In this document: piece after piece, positions 30,526-39,828 of the stretch
Position numbering within the stretch: position 1 is the stretch's first letter
Layout of the letters: each line of letters begins with the position of its first letter
DNA from: Acidimicrobiia bacterium
Lineage (GTDB): Bacteria; Actinomycetota; Acidimicrobiia; Acidimicrobiales; JACDCH01
Length of the DNA: 64,000 nucleotides
Assembly: GCA_052387955.1 (NCBI GenBank)
Contig: JBQTIQ010000008.1
Span: 4,553-68,552, forward strand
Direction of reading: 5' to 3'
Position numbers and translations under genes: made by a program
Notes under the pieces: model-generated
What the model was told of the DNA's origin: nothing
Databases searched by the model: none
What the model saw: the letters and a program-made list of their open reading frames with translations, nothing else

Positions 30526-30900
30526 ATGAGCCTGCTGCGGGTCGTGTTGGTCGACGACGACCGCAAGATGGTCGACCTGGTGCAGGGCATCCTCGCCGAC
30601 GAAGGTTTCGACGTCGTCGGCTTCACCGGGACCGACGAGGCCCTCGACCGGCTCGACGAGCTCGACCCCCACGTCGTCGTCCTCGACGAGGTCATGCCCG
30701 GTCGCAACGGGCTCTCGGTAGCCGAGGAGATCGTCGAGCGTCGCCCCGGGCAGGCCATCGTGATCTTCAGCTCGCTGTTCGACCTGCAGCTGAGCCGGCA
30801 GGTCGAACGCCAAGGCTTCCGCTACGTCGAGAAGGCCGACGGTATCGACGCCCTGGAGGGCGCCATACGCGAGGCCGCCGCCGGTGGGCGCCGGCGGTGA
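30526..30900 (+). CDS. stand-alone response regulator receiver
   Basis: VLVDDD, VVVLDEVMPGRNG, YVEK. Confidence 0.85.
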   Translation: MSLLRVVLVDDDRKMVDLVQGILADEGFDVVGFTGTDEALDRLDELDPHVVVLDEVMPGRNGLSVAEEIVERRPGQAIVIFSSLFDLQLSRQVERQGFRYVEKADGIDALEGAIREAAAGGRRR

Positions 30901-30945
30901 CAGGCCGTCGGGGGGCGGAGCGTGCCGAGGGCAGAGGCCTGGCGG

Positions 30946-31704
30946 TCAGGCCCTAGGACGCACGAGGACCGAGGCCAAGTCGGCGTGGTCGGCGACGATG
31001 TGGTCGCCCTCGGGCAGGCCGGCGCCGGCAGGGTCGTCGTTGACGCCGCAATACCGGATCGCCACCATCCCCATCGACCGGGCGCCGGCCACGTCGGTGC
31101 GGCGCAGGTCGCCCACGTGCGCGGTGCGGGCCGGGTCGGGATGGCCGAGGCCGGCCAGGGCGTGCTCGAAGATGCGCCGATCGGGCTTGAACACGCCGAC
31201 CTCGTCGCTGAAGGACCAGTGGTCGAAGTAGCCGAGAAGGCCGTGCTTCTCCAAGTGGCCGCGCAGGATCGTCGAGGGCGTCATGCCCACGTCGCAGATG
31301 ATCCCGATCCGCAGCCCTGCTCGGTGTAGTTCGGACAACGCGGTGACCACGTTGGGAGCAGTGGGCAGGTCGGCGGTGGCGCCGATCGTGACGAAGAGCT
31401 CGATCAGTTCGTCGCGGACCGCGGGGGCAACGTCGGCCCCCGCCGTGCGCAGCACGAGGGCGGCGGCCTCCGACGATCGGTACTGGTGGTTGGCCTGCCA
31501 GGCGGCGTCGAACGTCTGCCAGGCGGCGTCGAGGGCAGCTTCGAGCGCCGAACGCTGCGACGGGATGCCTTCCCGGGCCAGGACCCGCTCCCAGGCGTCG
31601 AGCCGCAAGGCCCGGATCTGGCCCGGCTGTTCGGCGACCAGCGTATTCCAGAAGTCGAACGTCACCGCCAGGTAAGAGCTCTCGGGAGCCCTACGGTTGC
31701 TCAC
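30946..31704 (-). CDS. HAD-family hydrolase
   Basis: FDFWNTL, KPD, HVGD..RTDV; start uncertain. Confidence 0.85.
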   Translation of the reverse strand: MSNRRAPESSYLAVTFDFWNTLVAEQPGQIRALRLDAWERVLAREGIPSQRSALEAALDAAWQTFDAAWQANHQYRSSEAAALVLRTAGADVAPAVRDELIELFVTIGATADLPTAPNVVTALSELHRAGLRIGIICDVGMTPSTILRGHLEKHGLLGYFDHWSFSDEVGVFKPDRRIFEHALAGLGHPDPARTAHVGDLRRTDVAGARSMGMVAIRYCGVNDDPAGAGLPEGDHIVADHADLASVLVRPRA

Positions 31705-31855
31705 GTCCAAGACGCGCTGGCCAACGGCGATGGTGTCCCGCGGCGCACCGTCGACAGCGTTGCCGAGCCCGGCCACGGGCGGCAACGCGGGCCCGCTCGG
31801 AACTCGGGACGGTCAGGTCGTGGCCCCGCTCACGTTGGCCGCCGCGACGGGCCGG

Positions 31856-32062
31856 CTACACCGCTTCGCGCGACATCTCCTCGAGGCAGCGCTTGATCTC
31901 GGACACGCGGAACCGGCGGTGGCCGCCGAGGGTGCGGATGGCGGTGAGCTTGCCGGCGCGAGCCCATCGGGTCACGGTCTTGGGGTTGACGCGGAACAGG
32001 GCGGCCACTTCGGCCGGGGTCAGAAGCGCCTCGGGGCTGTCGAGATCGTCGGGATGCGCCAT
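31856..32062 (-). CDS. bldC: BldC-family MerR-like regulator
   Basis: LLTPAEVAALFRVNPKTVTRWARAGKL..IRTLGGHRRF. Confidence 0.92.
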   Translation of the reverse strand: MAHPDDLDSPEALLTPAEVAALFRVNPKTVTRWARAGKLTAIRTLGGHRRFRVSEIKRCLEEMSREAV

Positions 32063-32205
32063 CTGTGGGTCCTTGTCTTCTCGGGGCCATCCGCCGACTC
32101 GGGCGGCATGTCCGTTTCATGGCGAAGATACGGAGGAGCCCCCGGGGGAGCCATAGCACGAATGGGCCATTTCGTACCCCGCGGGGGACTAGTCATGCTG
32201 GCTGG

Positions 32206-32298
32206 CGTTCCCCGGCCACGCAGACTGTTACGTCAGCGTTCCCCGGCCACGCAGGCCGGGCCTGGCCGCGCCTGCGCTGGCGCTCCGGCGCTCGCATC
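32206..32298 (+). repeat. intergenic repeat family B (partial plus full copy)
   Basis: cgttccccggccacgcag occurs twice; the full copy matches 30163-30224. Confidence 0.8.
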
Positions 32299-32357
32299 CG
32301 CGGCAGGACCGACCGCCGGCGGCTGCTCGTACCTCTGCGTGGCGGGCGCGCCCGCCG

Positions 32358-32729
32358 TTACGACGGCGAGGCGGGGTCGAGCAGGCCGGCGATGGCGTCG
32401 AGGAGGCCGTCCTGGGTGAAGGGCTTGACCAGGAAGCCCGATGCCCCTTTGGCCGCGGCCAGGGCCACGTTCTCGGGGCTGCTGTAGGCGGACACCACCA
32501 GGACCGGTGGTGGCGACGGCATCCGGCTCAGTCGTTCGAGCACCCCCCAGCCGTCGAGGACCGGCATCATGACGTCGAGAACGACGACATCGGGGGCCTC
32601 GGCCACGACCCGTTCCAGGGCGCTCTGCCCGTCGGCGGCCAACAACACCGTGTGCCCGGCCATCTCCAGGTTGAGCCGATGGAGCAACAAGATGTCGGGC
32701 TCGTCGTCTACCACCAGGACCACCGCCAT
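32358..32729 (-). CDS. stand-alone response regulator receiver
   Basis: VVDDEP, VLDVMMPVLDG, FLVKPF. Confidence 0.9.
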   Translation of the reverse strand: MAVVLVVDDEPDILLLHRLNLEMAGHTVLLAADGQSALERVVAEAPDVVVLDVMMPVLDGWGVLERLSRMPSPPPVLVVSAYSSPENVALAAAKGASGFLVKPFTQDGLLDAIAGLLDPASPS

Positions 32730-32750
32730 CCCGGCCTGCCGTGCCCCGTG

Positions 32751-33782
32751 TCAGACGAGCCGGACGCGGCCCTGGCCGGGCTCGACGGTTCCGATGCGTT
32801 GGGCCTGGTGGCCGTTGGTGCGTAGGACGTCGATCGTCCGGTAGACGTCGTCGGCCGCTACGACGAGGACCATGCCGATCCCGAGGTTGAAGACCCTGGC
32901 CATCTCATCGTCGCCAACCTCACCGGCGTGCTGGATCTCGCCGAAGATCGGCGGCACGTCCCACGTCGAGCGGTCCACGACGGCATCGAACTTGTCGGGC
33001 AGCACCCGGGCCAAGTTGCCGGGCAGTCCCCCACCGGTGATGTGGGCGACGGCGCTGACCTCGACCACCCGCTGGACGGCGAGCACGGCCGGCGCGTAGA
33101 TCACCGAGGGCATCAGGAGCTCGTCGGCCAGGCTGTGGTGGGCGCCGGCGAAGGCGGGGCCGTCGAGACGCCGGCCGGCCTTCTGCAGCAGGACTCGGCG
33201 CGCCAACGAGTAGCCGTTCGAGCGCAGTCCCGGCGACGGCAGCCCGATCAGGACGTCTCCGCCCCGCACCCGGTCGCCGGTCACCAACTGATCACGCTCG
33301 GCCACGCCGACGGCGAAGCCGACGAGGTCGAACTCCCCTGGCTCCATGGCGCCGGGGTGCTCGGCCATCTCACCTCCGATGAGGGCGCACCCAGCGGTCC
33401 GGCACCCGGCGGCCACCCCCTCGACGAGCTGGTCGACGTGGTCGGGGTCGAGCTTTCCGACGGCCACGTAGTCGAGGAAGAACAGGGGTTCGGCGCCGAG
33501 GCAGACGAGGTCGTCGACGCACATCGCCACCAGGTCGATGCCGATGGTGCGGAACCGGCCCACCGCCTGGGCCACCAGTGCCTTGGTACCGACGCCGTCG
33601 GTGGAGGAGACCAGCACCGGGTTCTGGAACCGGTGCTGAGGGAAGGCGAACAGCCCGCCGAAGCCGCCGATGTCGCCGATGACCTCGGGCCGGAACGTGC
33701 TCCGTACATGGCCCTTGATGCGCTCGACCGCCGCCTCGCCGGCAGCGATGTCGACGCCCGCCTTCTCGTACGTCTCTCCCAT
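32751..33782 (-). CDS. purM: phosphoribosylformylglycinamidine cyclo-ligase
   Basis: YEKAGVDI, TDGVGTK, GGEMAEHPG, HITGGG, FNLGIG. Confidence 0.96.
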   Translation of the reverse strand: MGETYEKAGVDIAAGEAAVERIKGHVRSTFRPEVIGDIGGFGGLFAFPQHRFQNPVLVSSTDGVGTKALVAQAVGRFRTIGIDLVAMCVDDLVCLGAEPLFFLDYVAVGKLDPDHVDQLVEGVAAGCRTAGCALIGGEMAEHPGAMEPGEFDLVGFAVGVAERDQLVTGDRVRGGDVLIGLPSPGLRSNGYSLARRVLLQKAGRRLDGPAFAGAHHSLADELLMPSVIYAPAVLAVQRVVEVSAVAHITGGGLPGNLARVLPDKFDAVVDRSTWDVPPIFGEIQHAGEVGDDEMARVFNLGIGMVLVVAADDVYRTIDVLRTNGHQAQRIGTVEPGQGRVRLV

Positions 33783-33794
33783 GGCGCCGTTGTC

Positions 33795-35306
33795 CTATTC
33801 CATTATCGACAGCGTCGGTTCTCGGACGATGCGCTCGAGTTCTCCCGGGGGCATGTCGTTGTTCTCGAGGACGTCCTTGCGCAGGGCCACCGGCACCTCG
33901 ACCGGGTATTCGCCCGAGAAGCAGGCGGTACAGAAACCCGACCGCGGTGTGCCCGTCGCCGTCACCAGCCGGTCGTGGGTGAGGTAGGCCAGGCTGTCGG
34001 CACCGACATAGTCCTGTATCTCCTGCACCGAGAGCTGGGCCGCCAACAGCTCGGACCGGTCGCCGGTGTCGATGCCGTAGAAGCACGGCCACTGCACCGG
34101 TGGCGACGTGATGCGCAGGTGCACCTCGGCGGCGCCGGCCTCGCGCAGCATCCTCATCAACTGCTTCTGGGTCGTACCCCTCACGATCGAGTCGTCGACG
34201 ACGACCAACCGCTTTCCCTCGATGTTCTCGCGTATGGGGTTGAGCTTCATGCGCACGGCCATGGCCCGCAGCTCCTGGCTGGGGGCGATGAACGAACGCC
34301 CGATGTAGCGGTTCTTCACCAGACCCTGGCCGTAGGGGATGCCGCTGGCATGGGCGAAGCCCTCGGCCGCGGGGACCCCGGACTCGGGCACTCCCATCAC
34401 CATGTCCGCGGTGACCGGCGCCTGAGCGGCCAGGAGCTCACCCATCCGAACCCGGGCCTGATGGACGTTGCGGCCGTACAAACGGCTGTCGGGCCGGGCG
34501 AAGTACACGAACTCGAAGATGCACAGGGACGGTTGGGCGGCGTCGACGCCGAAGGGCCATTCGGAGCGCACACCGGTGGCGTCGATGGTGACCATCTCGC
34601 CCGGCTCGAGCTCGCGCACGAACTCCGCGCCCACGATGTCGAGCGCCGGCGTCTCGGAGGCGAGCACCCACCCGTTCTCGAGGGCGCCGAGGCAGAGGGG
34701 CCGGAAGCCGTGGGGGTCGCGCACGCCGATGATGTGGCCCTCGTCGGCCAGGGCCAGGCTGAACGCACCCTCCAGGCGGGGCAGCACGGTCACGAGAGCC
34801 CGTTCCAGCTCCCGCCCGTCGGCCCGCTCGCCGCCGTCGGCGGCGATCTCCGCCGCCAGCAGTTCGGCGACCAGGTCGCTGTCGCTGGTGACGGTGCCCG
34901 GCAGCATCCCGGCGGCATCGATGAGGGCCTCCGTGTTGACCAGGTTGCCGTTGTGGCCGAGCACGAACTCGGTCATGCCGACGCTGCGATAGCACGGCTG
35001 GGCATTGCGCCAGCTTCCCGAGCCGGTGGTCGAGTACCGGGTGTGGCCGACGGCGAGGTTGCCGGTGAGGGCGGCCAGCGTCCGGTCGTCGAAGGCGTTG
35101 GCCACCAGGCCCTGCTCCTTGACCACCATGATCGACGACCCGTCGCTCACCGCGATACCAGCGGCCTCCTGACCCCGGTGCTGGAGGGCGAACAGGCCCA
35201 GGTAGGTGAGGTGCGACACCGGCTGGCCCGGGGCGTACACGGCGAAGACGCCGCACGCCTCTTTGAGGTGGCCGCCCTCGGGATCGACCACGTCGGGGGG
35301 GGTCAC
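33795..35306 (-). CDS. purF: amidophosphoribosyltransferase
   Basis: EACGVF, QHRGQE, GHTRYST, VDDSIVRGTT; start at GTG 35306 or ATG 35315. Confidence 0.96.
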   Translation of the reverse strand: MTPPDVVDPEGGHLKEACGVFAVYAPGQPVSHLTYLGLFALQHRGQEAAGIAVSDGSSIMVVKEQGLVANAFDDRTLAALTGNLAVGHTRYSTTGSGSWRNAQPCYRSVGMTEFVLGHNGNLVNTEALIDAAGMLPGTVTSDSDLVAELLAAEIAADGGERADGRELERALVTVLPRLEGAFSLALADEGHIIGVRDPHGFRPLCLGALENGWVLASETPALDIVGAEFVRELEPGEMVTIDATGVRSEWPFGVDAAQPSLCIFEFVYFARPDSRLYGRNVHQARVRMGELLAAQAPVTADMVMGVPESGVPAAEGFAHASGIPYGQGLVKNRYIGRSFIAPSQELRAMAVRMKLNPIRENIEGKRLVVVDDSIVRGTTQKQLMRMLREAGAAEVHLRITSPPVQWPCFYGIDTGDRSELLAAQLSVQEIQDYVGADSLAYLTHDRLVTATGTPRSGFCTACFSGEYPVEVPVALRKDVLENNDMPPGELERIVREPTLSIME

Positions 35307-35373
35307 ACCCGCCATGCTACGAGCCGTGACCATGGGCTGAATCCACGGGTGCTGTCGGCGTGGCGCCGCCGGC

Positions 35374-37521
35374 TCACCCCGCGTCGTCGTTGGTCACCTC
35401 GAACATCTGGGCCAGCCGTTTGGCGACGCCGCGGGCGATGAGGTCGACGGTGGCTTCGTCGGGACGGAGCCGGGGGGCGTGGCTCGCCGTCCTGGCCTCG
35501 ACCGCGGCGGCGACGACTTCGGCGACATGGTCAGCGTCGAACGCCGGCTCGGCGGCCCGCAGCGGGAGCCGGCGGCGCAGTTGGCCGACGTCGTCGCGGA
35601 CCGTGGCCAGCTCGGCCATCAGCTCGTCGCGGAGCTGGTCGAACCGGGTGTCGGGGCCTGCCGCCCGAGGCCCGTCGACGGTCTCGGCGATGACGTCCTC
35701 GATCACTCGGAACTCGGCCACCACGGCGCGCATCTGTTCGACGGCAGCCTCCATCGAACCCACCGCACGGTCGACGGCGTCGGCCCCATCGCCAACCCCG
35801 GCCCGGTCGGCGGCCCCTGCCAGCTGCTCCAGTCGGTCGCGCTCCTCGGCCCGGTCCCCGACCGCGGCCGCCAGCCGAGCCTCGAGCGCACCCAGGGCTT
35901 CGCCGAAGGTGTGCTCCGGCGCCTCGGCGCTCTCCAACAGGTCCAGCACCGCGGCCAGTATCCGGGTGTGCTCCTCGGAGCCGGTGGCGAGGGCGGTGAG
36001 CTCGTCGGTCTTGTCGGCGTCGCTGCGATCGAGCCGTTCGACCAGCCCGGCAAGGGCTTGGCCCTGTCGGTCGACCAGCGCCGCCAGCGCCTCGACGGAG
36101 TGCTCCTGGCGGGACCGGGACTGCTGCGCCGCACGGTCGAGCGACCCGAGTGCCGCCATCACCGCGGCGGACTGTTCGTCGATGCGCTGGGCGAAGGCCT
36201 CGAGGGCGGCGTCTGTGCCCGGCGCAGCGTCGGCCCGCCCAACCGGCTGGACCAGCTCGTCGTCGCGCTCGCCGAGCCGCTCGGCCAGCTCGCGCAGCGA
36301 GCGCTCGTGGTCGAACGACCGCTCCACGAGCGTCGCGCTGAGCCCTTCGATCGCAGCCCGCACCTCGTCGGCCTGTGCGGCCAGTCGGGACGCCAGCTCG
36401 TGAAAGCCGTCGTCGCGGCCGGCCTCGGCCTGCTCGAACCGGGCCTGTACCGACTCGAGGGCGGGGCCGAGCTCGTCGAGGCGGCCGACGAGGGCGACGA
36501 ACCGCTCGTCGGGTTCGTCGTCGTGCTCGATGGCGGCGACGACCGCATTGAAGGACCGTGCCTGCTCGTCGACCCGGTCGATCAGGGCACCGATGCTCGA
36601 TGCCGCTCCCGCGGCAGCGAGAGCTTCGAGGCGGCCGGCGACGTGGCGGCCCTGGTCCTGGACCAGCGCGGCGAGGGCGCCGAAGGCGGCGATCTGGGTG
36701 GCCTCGCGCTCGGCGGCGGCGTCAAGCCGGTCGGCCACCGTTTCCAGGGCCGTGCCCGTGCGGTCCGCGGCGGCGGCCTGCTCGGCTTCTCGTTGGGCGG
36801 TGGCGGCCTCGAGGCGGTCGGCCAGTGCGCCCAGGACGACCTTGGTCGAGGCCTCCGGGCCGGCCGCTTCAGCTCGTTCCGTCGCCAGCCGCTGAGCTTG
36901 CCGGACCAGCGAGACGACCGAACCCAACATCGCCTGGTGCTCCTCGGCCCGTTCGCCGGCCAGCCGCTGAGCCTCCAGCACCAGATCTCCCAGCGAGCCC
37001 AGAGCAGCCTCGTGGCCCTCGGCCCGTACGACCCCGGCCCGTTCGACGCGCTGGAGCGTCTCCGCCATCGCTTCGACCCGCTCGCCCAGTTGAGACGACC
37101 AGGCGTCGACCTCGTCGGCCCGTGGATTGCCCGCCTGCTCGGACCACGCCAGCACCGCGGCCAGTACGCCCTCCTGCGCCTGCACCCGACCGGTCAGGGC
37201 CTCGATGGCGCGGCCCTGGGCCGTGATGCGATCGACCACAAGGTTCTGGAAGGCGTCGGCCGCCGCCTCGGACTCCTCCCAGCGGTCCTGGAGGCCTTCG
37301 GTCAGGCGGCGGAGGACACCGAGGTGGTCGTTGATGGCCGGGAGCAGCCCAGTGGAGGCGACGACGGGGCGGGGGGGCGGCCGGGGCCCGGGGACGGAAC
37401 GGTCATCGGGCTCGTCCCAGGGCTCGTCGGCCCAGCCCCGGCTGTCGTAGGGACGGTCGTCGGGGTCGCCGTCGGCGGGGATGTCCTGGTCGTCCAGGCC
37501 CGCGTCGTCGCCGTCATCCAT
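35374..37521 (-). CDS. long Ala/Glu-rich predicted coiled-coil protein, unknown function
   Basis: 715-aa ORF, acidic disordered N-terminus, heptad-like helical content; TACCCT -10 box 8 nt before the ATG. Confidence 0.65.
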   Translation of the reverse strand: MDDGDDAGLDDQDIPADGDPDDRPYDSRGWADEPWDEPDDRSVPGPRPPPRPVVASTGLLPAINDHLGVLRRLTEGLQDRWEESEAAADAFQNLVVDRITAQGRAIEALTGRVQAQEGVLAAVLAWSEQAGNPRADEVDAWSSQLGERVEAMAETLQRVERAGVVRAEGHEAALGSLGDLVLEAQRLAGERAEEHQAMLGSVVSLVRQAQRLATERAEAAGPEASTKVVLGALADRLEAATAQREAEQAAAADRTGTALETVADRLDAAAEREATQIAAFGALAALVQDQGRHVAGRLEALAAAGAASSIGALIDRVDEQARSFNAVVAAIEHDDEPDERFVALVGRLDELGPALESVQARFEQAEAGRDDGFHELASRLAAQADEVRAAIEGLSATLVERSFDHERSLRELAERLGERDDELVQPVGRADAAPGTDAALEAFAQRIDEQSAAVMAALGSLDRAAQQSRSRQEHSVEALAALVDRQGQALAGLVERLDRSDADKTDELTALATGSEEHTRILAAVLDLLESAEAPEHTFGEALGALEARLAAAVGDRAEERDRLEQLAGAADRAGVGDGADAVDRAVGSMEAAVEQMRAVVAEFRVIEDVIAETVDGPRAAGPDTRFDQLRDELMAELATVRDDVGQLRRRLPLRAAEPAFDADHVAEVVAAAVEARTASHAPRLRPDEATVDLIARGVAKRLAQMFEVTNDDAG

Positions 37522-37587
37522 CGGTCCAGAGGGTAGTGGTGACCCGCCGGCGGCCGGGCCGCCCGCCGCTGGGCCATCCTGGGAGCC

Positions 37588-39828
37588 GTGGCCGCCTCGT
37601 TCGACCCGGTCCTAGCCGTCCGGGGCGTGGTCAAGCCGTGGGCATGGCTGGTACCGCCGGTGCTCCTGGGGGCGGTGTGGTCCAGCTCGGGCTGGCTGAC
37701 CTGGGTCGCCGCCGGGCTGGCGTTGCTGGCGTTCGCCGACCTGGTCGCCGATCGGCCCGAACGCTGGCTGCTGGCCCTGGTCGTCGTCCTGCCCTTCCAA
37801 CAGGTCCTTCTCTCGTGGTTGTACGGGCGCGGTGTCCCGGCCGGTGCCGTCAGGGCTCTCGGCTACTGGAAGGAGGGCGTGTGCGCCGGGCTCGCCCTCG
37901 CCGCCCTGCGGCACTCGCTGCGGCGTCGGGCCGGTCTCGACCGCATCGACGTCGTCGCCCTCGCCTACGTGGCCGTCGTCGCCGCCTACTGGTGGTGGCC
38001 CCGGCTGTTCGTGCACCCCACCGGGCCGTTCTCGGTCGGCCCCCCGACCGACACGGCCACGCTGTTGGTGGCCGCCCGCACCGCGGCCGGCTTCGTAGCC
38101 CTGTTCGTCGTCGTACGCCGCCTCGACCTCTCGCCCGTCTTCGCTCGCACGTTGGCTCGCACCGTGGTGGCCGTGGGCGCGGTGGTCGCCGCCGTCGCCG
38201 TCGTCGAGTTCATGTTCTCCGACCGCTGGAACGCCTTCGTGGTCGACACGCTGCGGGTGCCCGCCTACCGCGCCGAGGTGTTGGAAGCCACCAACCGCAA
38301 CGTGGCCGACATCCGGATCTACAGCCAGGTGGGCGGCCGGGACGTGCTCCGCGTCGGGTCGGTGTTCCTCGACCAGATGGCATGCGCCTTCTACCTGGTT
38401 GCGGCCCTGGCCCTGGCCCTGGCCCGCGATGTCCGCACCCGGACGACCTATGCCCTCGCCGGCCTGCTCGGTGCCGCCGTGGTGCTCACCCAGACCCGGG
38501 CCGCGATCCTCGCCGTGCTGGTTGTGCTGGTCTGTCTCCGCCGCCCCGGGAGCACCCGGGCCCGAGACCGGGTGCCGGCCGTCCTGCTGGCGGTCGGCCT
38601 GGCCGCCATCGTGGCGTTGGCCCTGAGCAGCGGCCTGGCGCAGCGCACCACCAGCGCCGTCGGGGGCGAGGAGGAGTCGACCCAGCTGCACCTCGAGCGC
38701 ACCACCAAAGCTGCCGGCGAGCTGTTCCTGGCCCCGCTCGGGCGCGGCCTCGGCACCGCCGGCGCCACCGGCAACCGCTTCGAGGTCGAGACCACCCTGA
38801 CCAGCGAGGACTACTACCTCCAGGTCGGCAACGAGACCGGCGCCCTGTCGATGGTGGCCTTCGTCAGCCTGGTCGTACTGGTGGCGCGACGACTGAAGAA
38901 GAGCGCCGTCGGCGCCACCTCGATCACCGCCCGAGGAAGCTTCGCCGCGCTCGTCGGGCTGTCGGCCGGTGCCGTACTGCTACCGCTGTGGACCGACGTC
39001 GCCGTGTCGTGGACGGTGTGGGCCACCCTTGCCGCCACCGTAGGCTCAGCGCCGGCGCCAGCCAGGAGGGCGGCCATCCTCGGTCGCACAGGGAGGTCCG
39101 ACATGGAACTTCGCCGCTACGTCGCCCTCCTCGGGCGGCGATGGCCCGTGCTGGTCGCCGGGGTGGTCGCCGCCGCCGCGGCCGGGTACCTGGTCACCCC
39201 CGACGGCACCCGCTACACGTCGCAGTCCACGATCATGGTCGGCACCCCCGACCTCTCCGGCGACCCCAGCATCTTCGGCGTGTTCGGGGACCGGGCGACG
39301 TTGCTGGACCGGCTCACGCTCACCTACGCCGTGCTCGTCGACACCGGCCCTGTCGCCGAGGGCGCCGCCCGCCGCACGGGTGTGGCCCGGGACGTGGCGA
39401 CGATCCTCGAAGCGACCCGGGCGGAAGCGCCGGCCGGGACCCAGCTGGTACGGGTGCGGGTGTCGGACCGAGACCCGGCGGTGGCCCAGGCCCTGGCCGA
39501 CGGCATGGCCGAAGCCTTCGCCGACCAGGTCGCCGCGCTCGGGCCCGCCGGGGTGGGCGACGCCGGGTCGGTCCAGGTCGTCGAACGAGCGGGGACGGCC
39601 ACCGCCACGCCCGAGGGCAACCGCGAGGCGAACGTGGCCGTGGGTGCCATCCTCGGGCTCCTGGCCGCCATCGGCCTGGTGCTGTTGCTCGAATACCTGG
39701 ACACGACCGTGCGCGACGGCGACGATGCCGAGCGCCGGCTCGAGCTGCCGCTACTGGGGGTTGTCCCCTTTGCCGCCGGCGTCGACCGGGCCGCCGATGC
39801 CGTCGGGCCGGCTCCCCACCATGCCTAG
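37588..39828 (+). CDS. O-antigen ligase/Wzy-like membrane protein continuing in frame into a Wzz/CpsC-like domain
   Basis: Multi-TM region with PLGRGLG and YYLQVGNETG; no stop before MELRRY. Confidence 0.65.
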   Translation: MAASFDPVLAVRGVVKPWAWLVPPVLLGAVWSSSGWLTWVAAGLALLAFADLVADRPERWLLALVVVLPFQQVLLSWLYGRGVPAGAVRALGYWKEGVCAGLALAALRHSLRRRAGLDRIDVVALAYVAVVAAYWWWPRLFVHPTGPFSVGPPTDTATLLVAARTAAGFVALFVVVRRLDLSPVFARTLARTVVAVGAVVAAVAVVEFMFSDRWNAFVVDTLRVPAYRAEVLEATNRNVADIRIYSQVGGRDVLRVGSVFLDQMACAFYLVAALALALARDVRTRTTYALAGLLGAAVVLTQTRAAILAVLVVLVCLRRPGSTRARDRVPAVLLAVGLAAIVALALSSGLAQRTTSAVGGEEESTQLHLERTTKAAGELFLAPLGRGLGTAGATGNRFEVETTLTSEDYYLQVGNETGALSMVAFVSLVVLVARRLKKSAVGATSITARGSFAALVGLSAGAVLLPLWTDVAVSWTVWATLAATVGSAPAPARRAAILGRTGRSDMELRRYVALLGRRWPVLVAGVVAAAAAGYLVTPDGTRYTSQSTIMVGTPDLSGDPSIFGVFGDRATLLDRLTLTYAVLVDTGPVAEGAARRTGVARDVATILEATRAEAPAGTQLVRVRVSDRDPAVAQALADGMAEAFADQVAALGPAGVGDAGSVQVVERAGTATATPEGNREANVAVGAILGLLAAIGLVLLLEYLDTTVRDGDDAERRLELPLLGVVPFAAGVDRAADAVGPAPHHA
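39103..39828 (+). CDS. Wzz/CpsC-like polysaccharide co-polymerase (internal start)
   Basis: RBS gggagg then ATG; MELRRYVALLGRRW...YTSQSTI...LEYLDTTVR...LPLLGVVP. Confidence 0.7.
   Translation: MELRRYVALLGRRWPVLVAGVVAAAAAGYLVTPDGTRYTSQSTIMVGTPDLSGDPSIFGVFGDRATLLDRLTLTYAVLVDTGPVAEGAARRTGVARDVATILEATRAEAPAGTQLVRVRVSDRDPAVAQALADGMAEAFADQVAALGPAGVGDAGSVQVVERAGTATATPEGNREANVAVGAILGLLAAIGLVLLLEYLDTTVRDGDDAERRLELPLLGVVPFAAGVDRAADAVGPAPHHA

Noticed and set aside
32928-35441. Long antisense and alternative-frame ORFs (for example 32928-35441, 22479-24620, 37536-40031)
   Set aside because: Shadow ORFs typical of high-GC DNA overlapping well-supported genes; Arg/Pro/Gly-rich with no motifs
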